A stretch of DNA of 63,899 nucleotides, the filler included, from Gonapodya sp. JEL0774 (Eukaryota), in assembly GCA_027604505.1 (NCBI GenBank). It is 3 parts of 3 records of this genome, joined end to end, with 100 filler letters (N's around TTAATTAATTAA, not from the genome) between each part and the next. Parts side by side here need not be neighbours in the genome. Positions count along the whole stretch, not along the records: positions 45,238 to 63,899 come from JADIIX010000259.1; 2 more parts are not named here. One strand, written 5' to 3'. Made by a program: the position numbers and the translations under genes. Of the stretch, positions 63,060 through 63,899 are shown in pieces. The notes beneath the pieces were generated by a model, which ran no database searches, had not been told where the DNA came from, and saw only the letters and a program-made list of their open reading frames with translations. Every line of letters starts with the position of its first letter. Within the stretch, counting starts at the first letter, position 1.

Positions 63060-63899
63060 ATGTCACATATGGATCCATCCAAAAGTGCATACACGCAGCC
63101 ACAGACATTCCCCCCTCTCGACTCGTGCGTGTTACTCGCTGTGCCTGCCGACTCTGGTGGACACATTTTTAGACTGTTTCTTCTGACCAACAGTGTGACC
63201 GGTGGACGCTCAGGGGATCTCTGGAAATGGTTACAAAGCCGTCGAGACTACAACGAAAAGGCTGATGGCCTTTGGCGAATTCACGATGGTCTTTAGTGAG
63301 TCATTATTGTCATTTTGTGCTTCACTCGCCCTACATCAACCAAGAATCTCCCAAAATTGCTCGAACTTTCGGATTGTAAAGTGATCTCAACGAGTATGTG
63401 AAAAGTCACCCAGGTGGTGCAGAATGGTTAACTATGACCCGGGGATCAGATATGTGAGAGATCCGAATATCAAATGGCCTCACGCAAATTCTAAAAGCAT
63501 CTCCTCTCGGTATCAATTCAGCACTGAAGCATTCGAAGCTCACCACCCCAATGTAGAATACATCCGTGCCAAGATCCTTCCCAAATTCTACGTCCGCGAT
63601 GCCACATGGGCCAGGGAGAGCCCTCTCACATTCGCACCCGGGGGCTTCTATGATACTCTGCGTTCCAGAGTGCGAGAAGCCCTCAAGCGCCTTGGACCTG
63701 GCCCTCGACGTTGGACAAATTTTTATACTGATGTTTTTGCCTTGGCGTACGAAGGTACAATGGGAACGTTGGCGTTCGTTGGACCCAACCTCTTTGGCCC
63801 GGGAAACACACTTGATCTGGGCTTGGGCTGGACCTTGGGTCTAACTGTTGGCGCTGGAGTTCTCGGCGGAGCCCTCACGGTAATGGGTCACAATTATTT
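63060..63899 (+). CDS. Cytochrome b5-related protein (b5 domain fused to a desaturase-like domain; insect Cyt-b5-r type), 3'-partial
   Basis: WLQSRR...[41 protein letters not shown]...SPLTF...GFYDTLR, then TM segments and the start of the first His box (GHNYF). Confidence 0.85.

Overview
Intron-rich, gene-dense eukaryotic (fungal) DNA. The short GT-AG introns, fused gamma-beta-alpha urease and gene repertoire suggest an early-diverging zoosporic fungus (Gonapodya/chytrid-like; inference). About 21 genes or gene fragments can be reconstructed by hand: a dCache-TM-HAMP receptor, a bacterial-type MFS transporter, a sulfotransferase, YbjQ/UPF0145, an F-box protein with 47-aa repeats, a PD-(D/E)xK nuclease-like protein, a ~2,700-aa coiled-coil protein, a divergent mitochondrial-carrier-like protein, CK2 alpha, ASNSD1, a UPF0658 membrane protein, MOCS2B, a modular thaumatin, RanBP9/10, Dus3, a PAS-kinase-like kinase, a second F-box-like protein, acetyl-CoA synthetase, urease, a P450 and a cytochrome-b5-related desaturase. 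There are three assembly gaps, two with an artificial TTAATTAATTAA linker. The most unusual structure is a ~5.1 kb two-gene cassette (repeat/F-box protein plus nuclease-like protein) between two diverged ~350-420 bp direct repeats. These repeats duplicate the 3' end of the neighbouring coiled-coil gene and carry a conserved hairpin, making the cassette a candidate selfish/toxin-antidote or mobile unit. Family assignments come from motif recognition, not database searches, and exon boundaries are manual.
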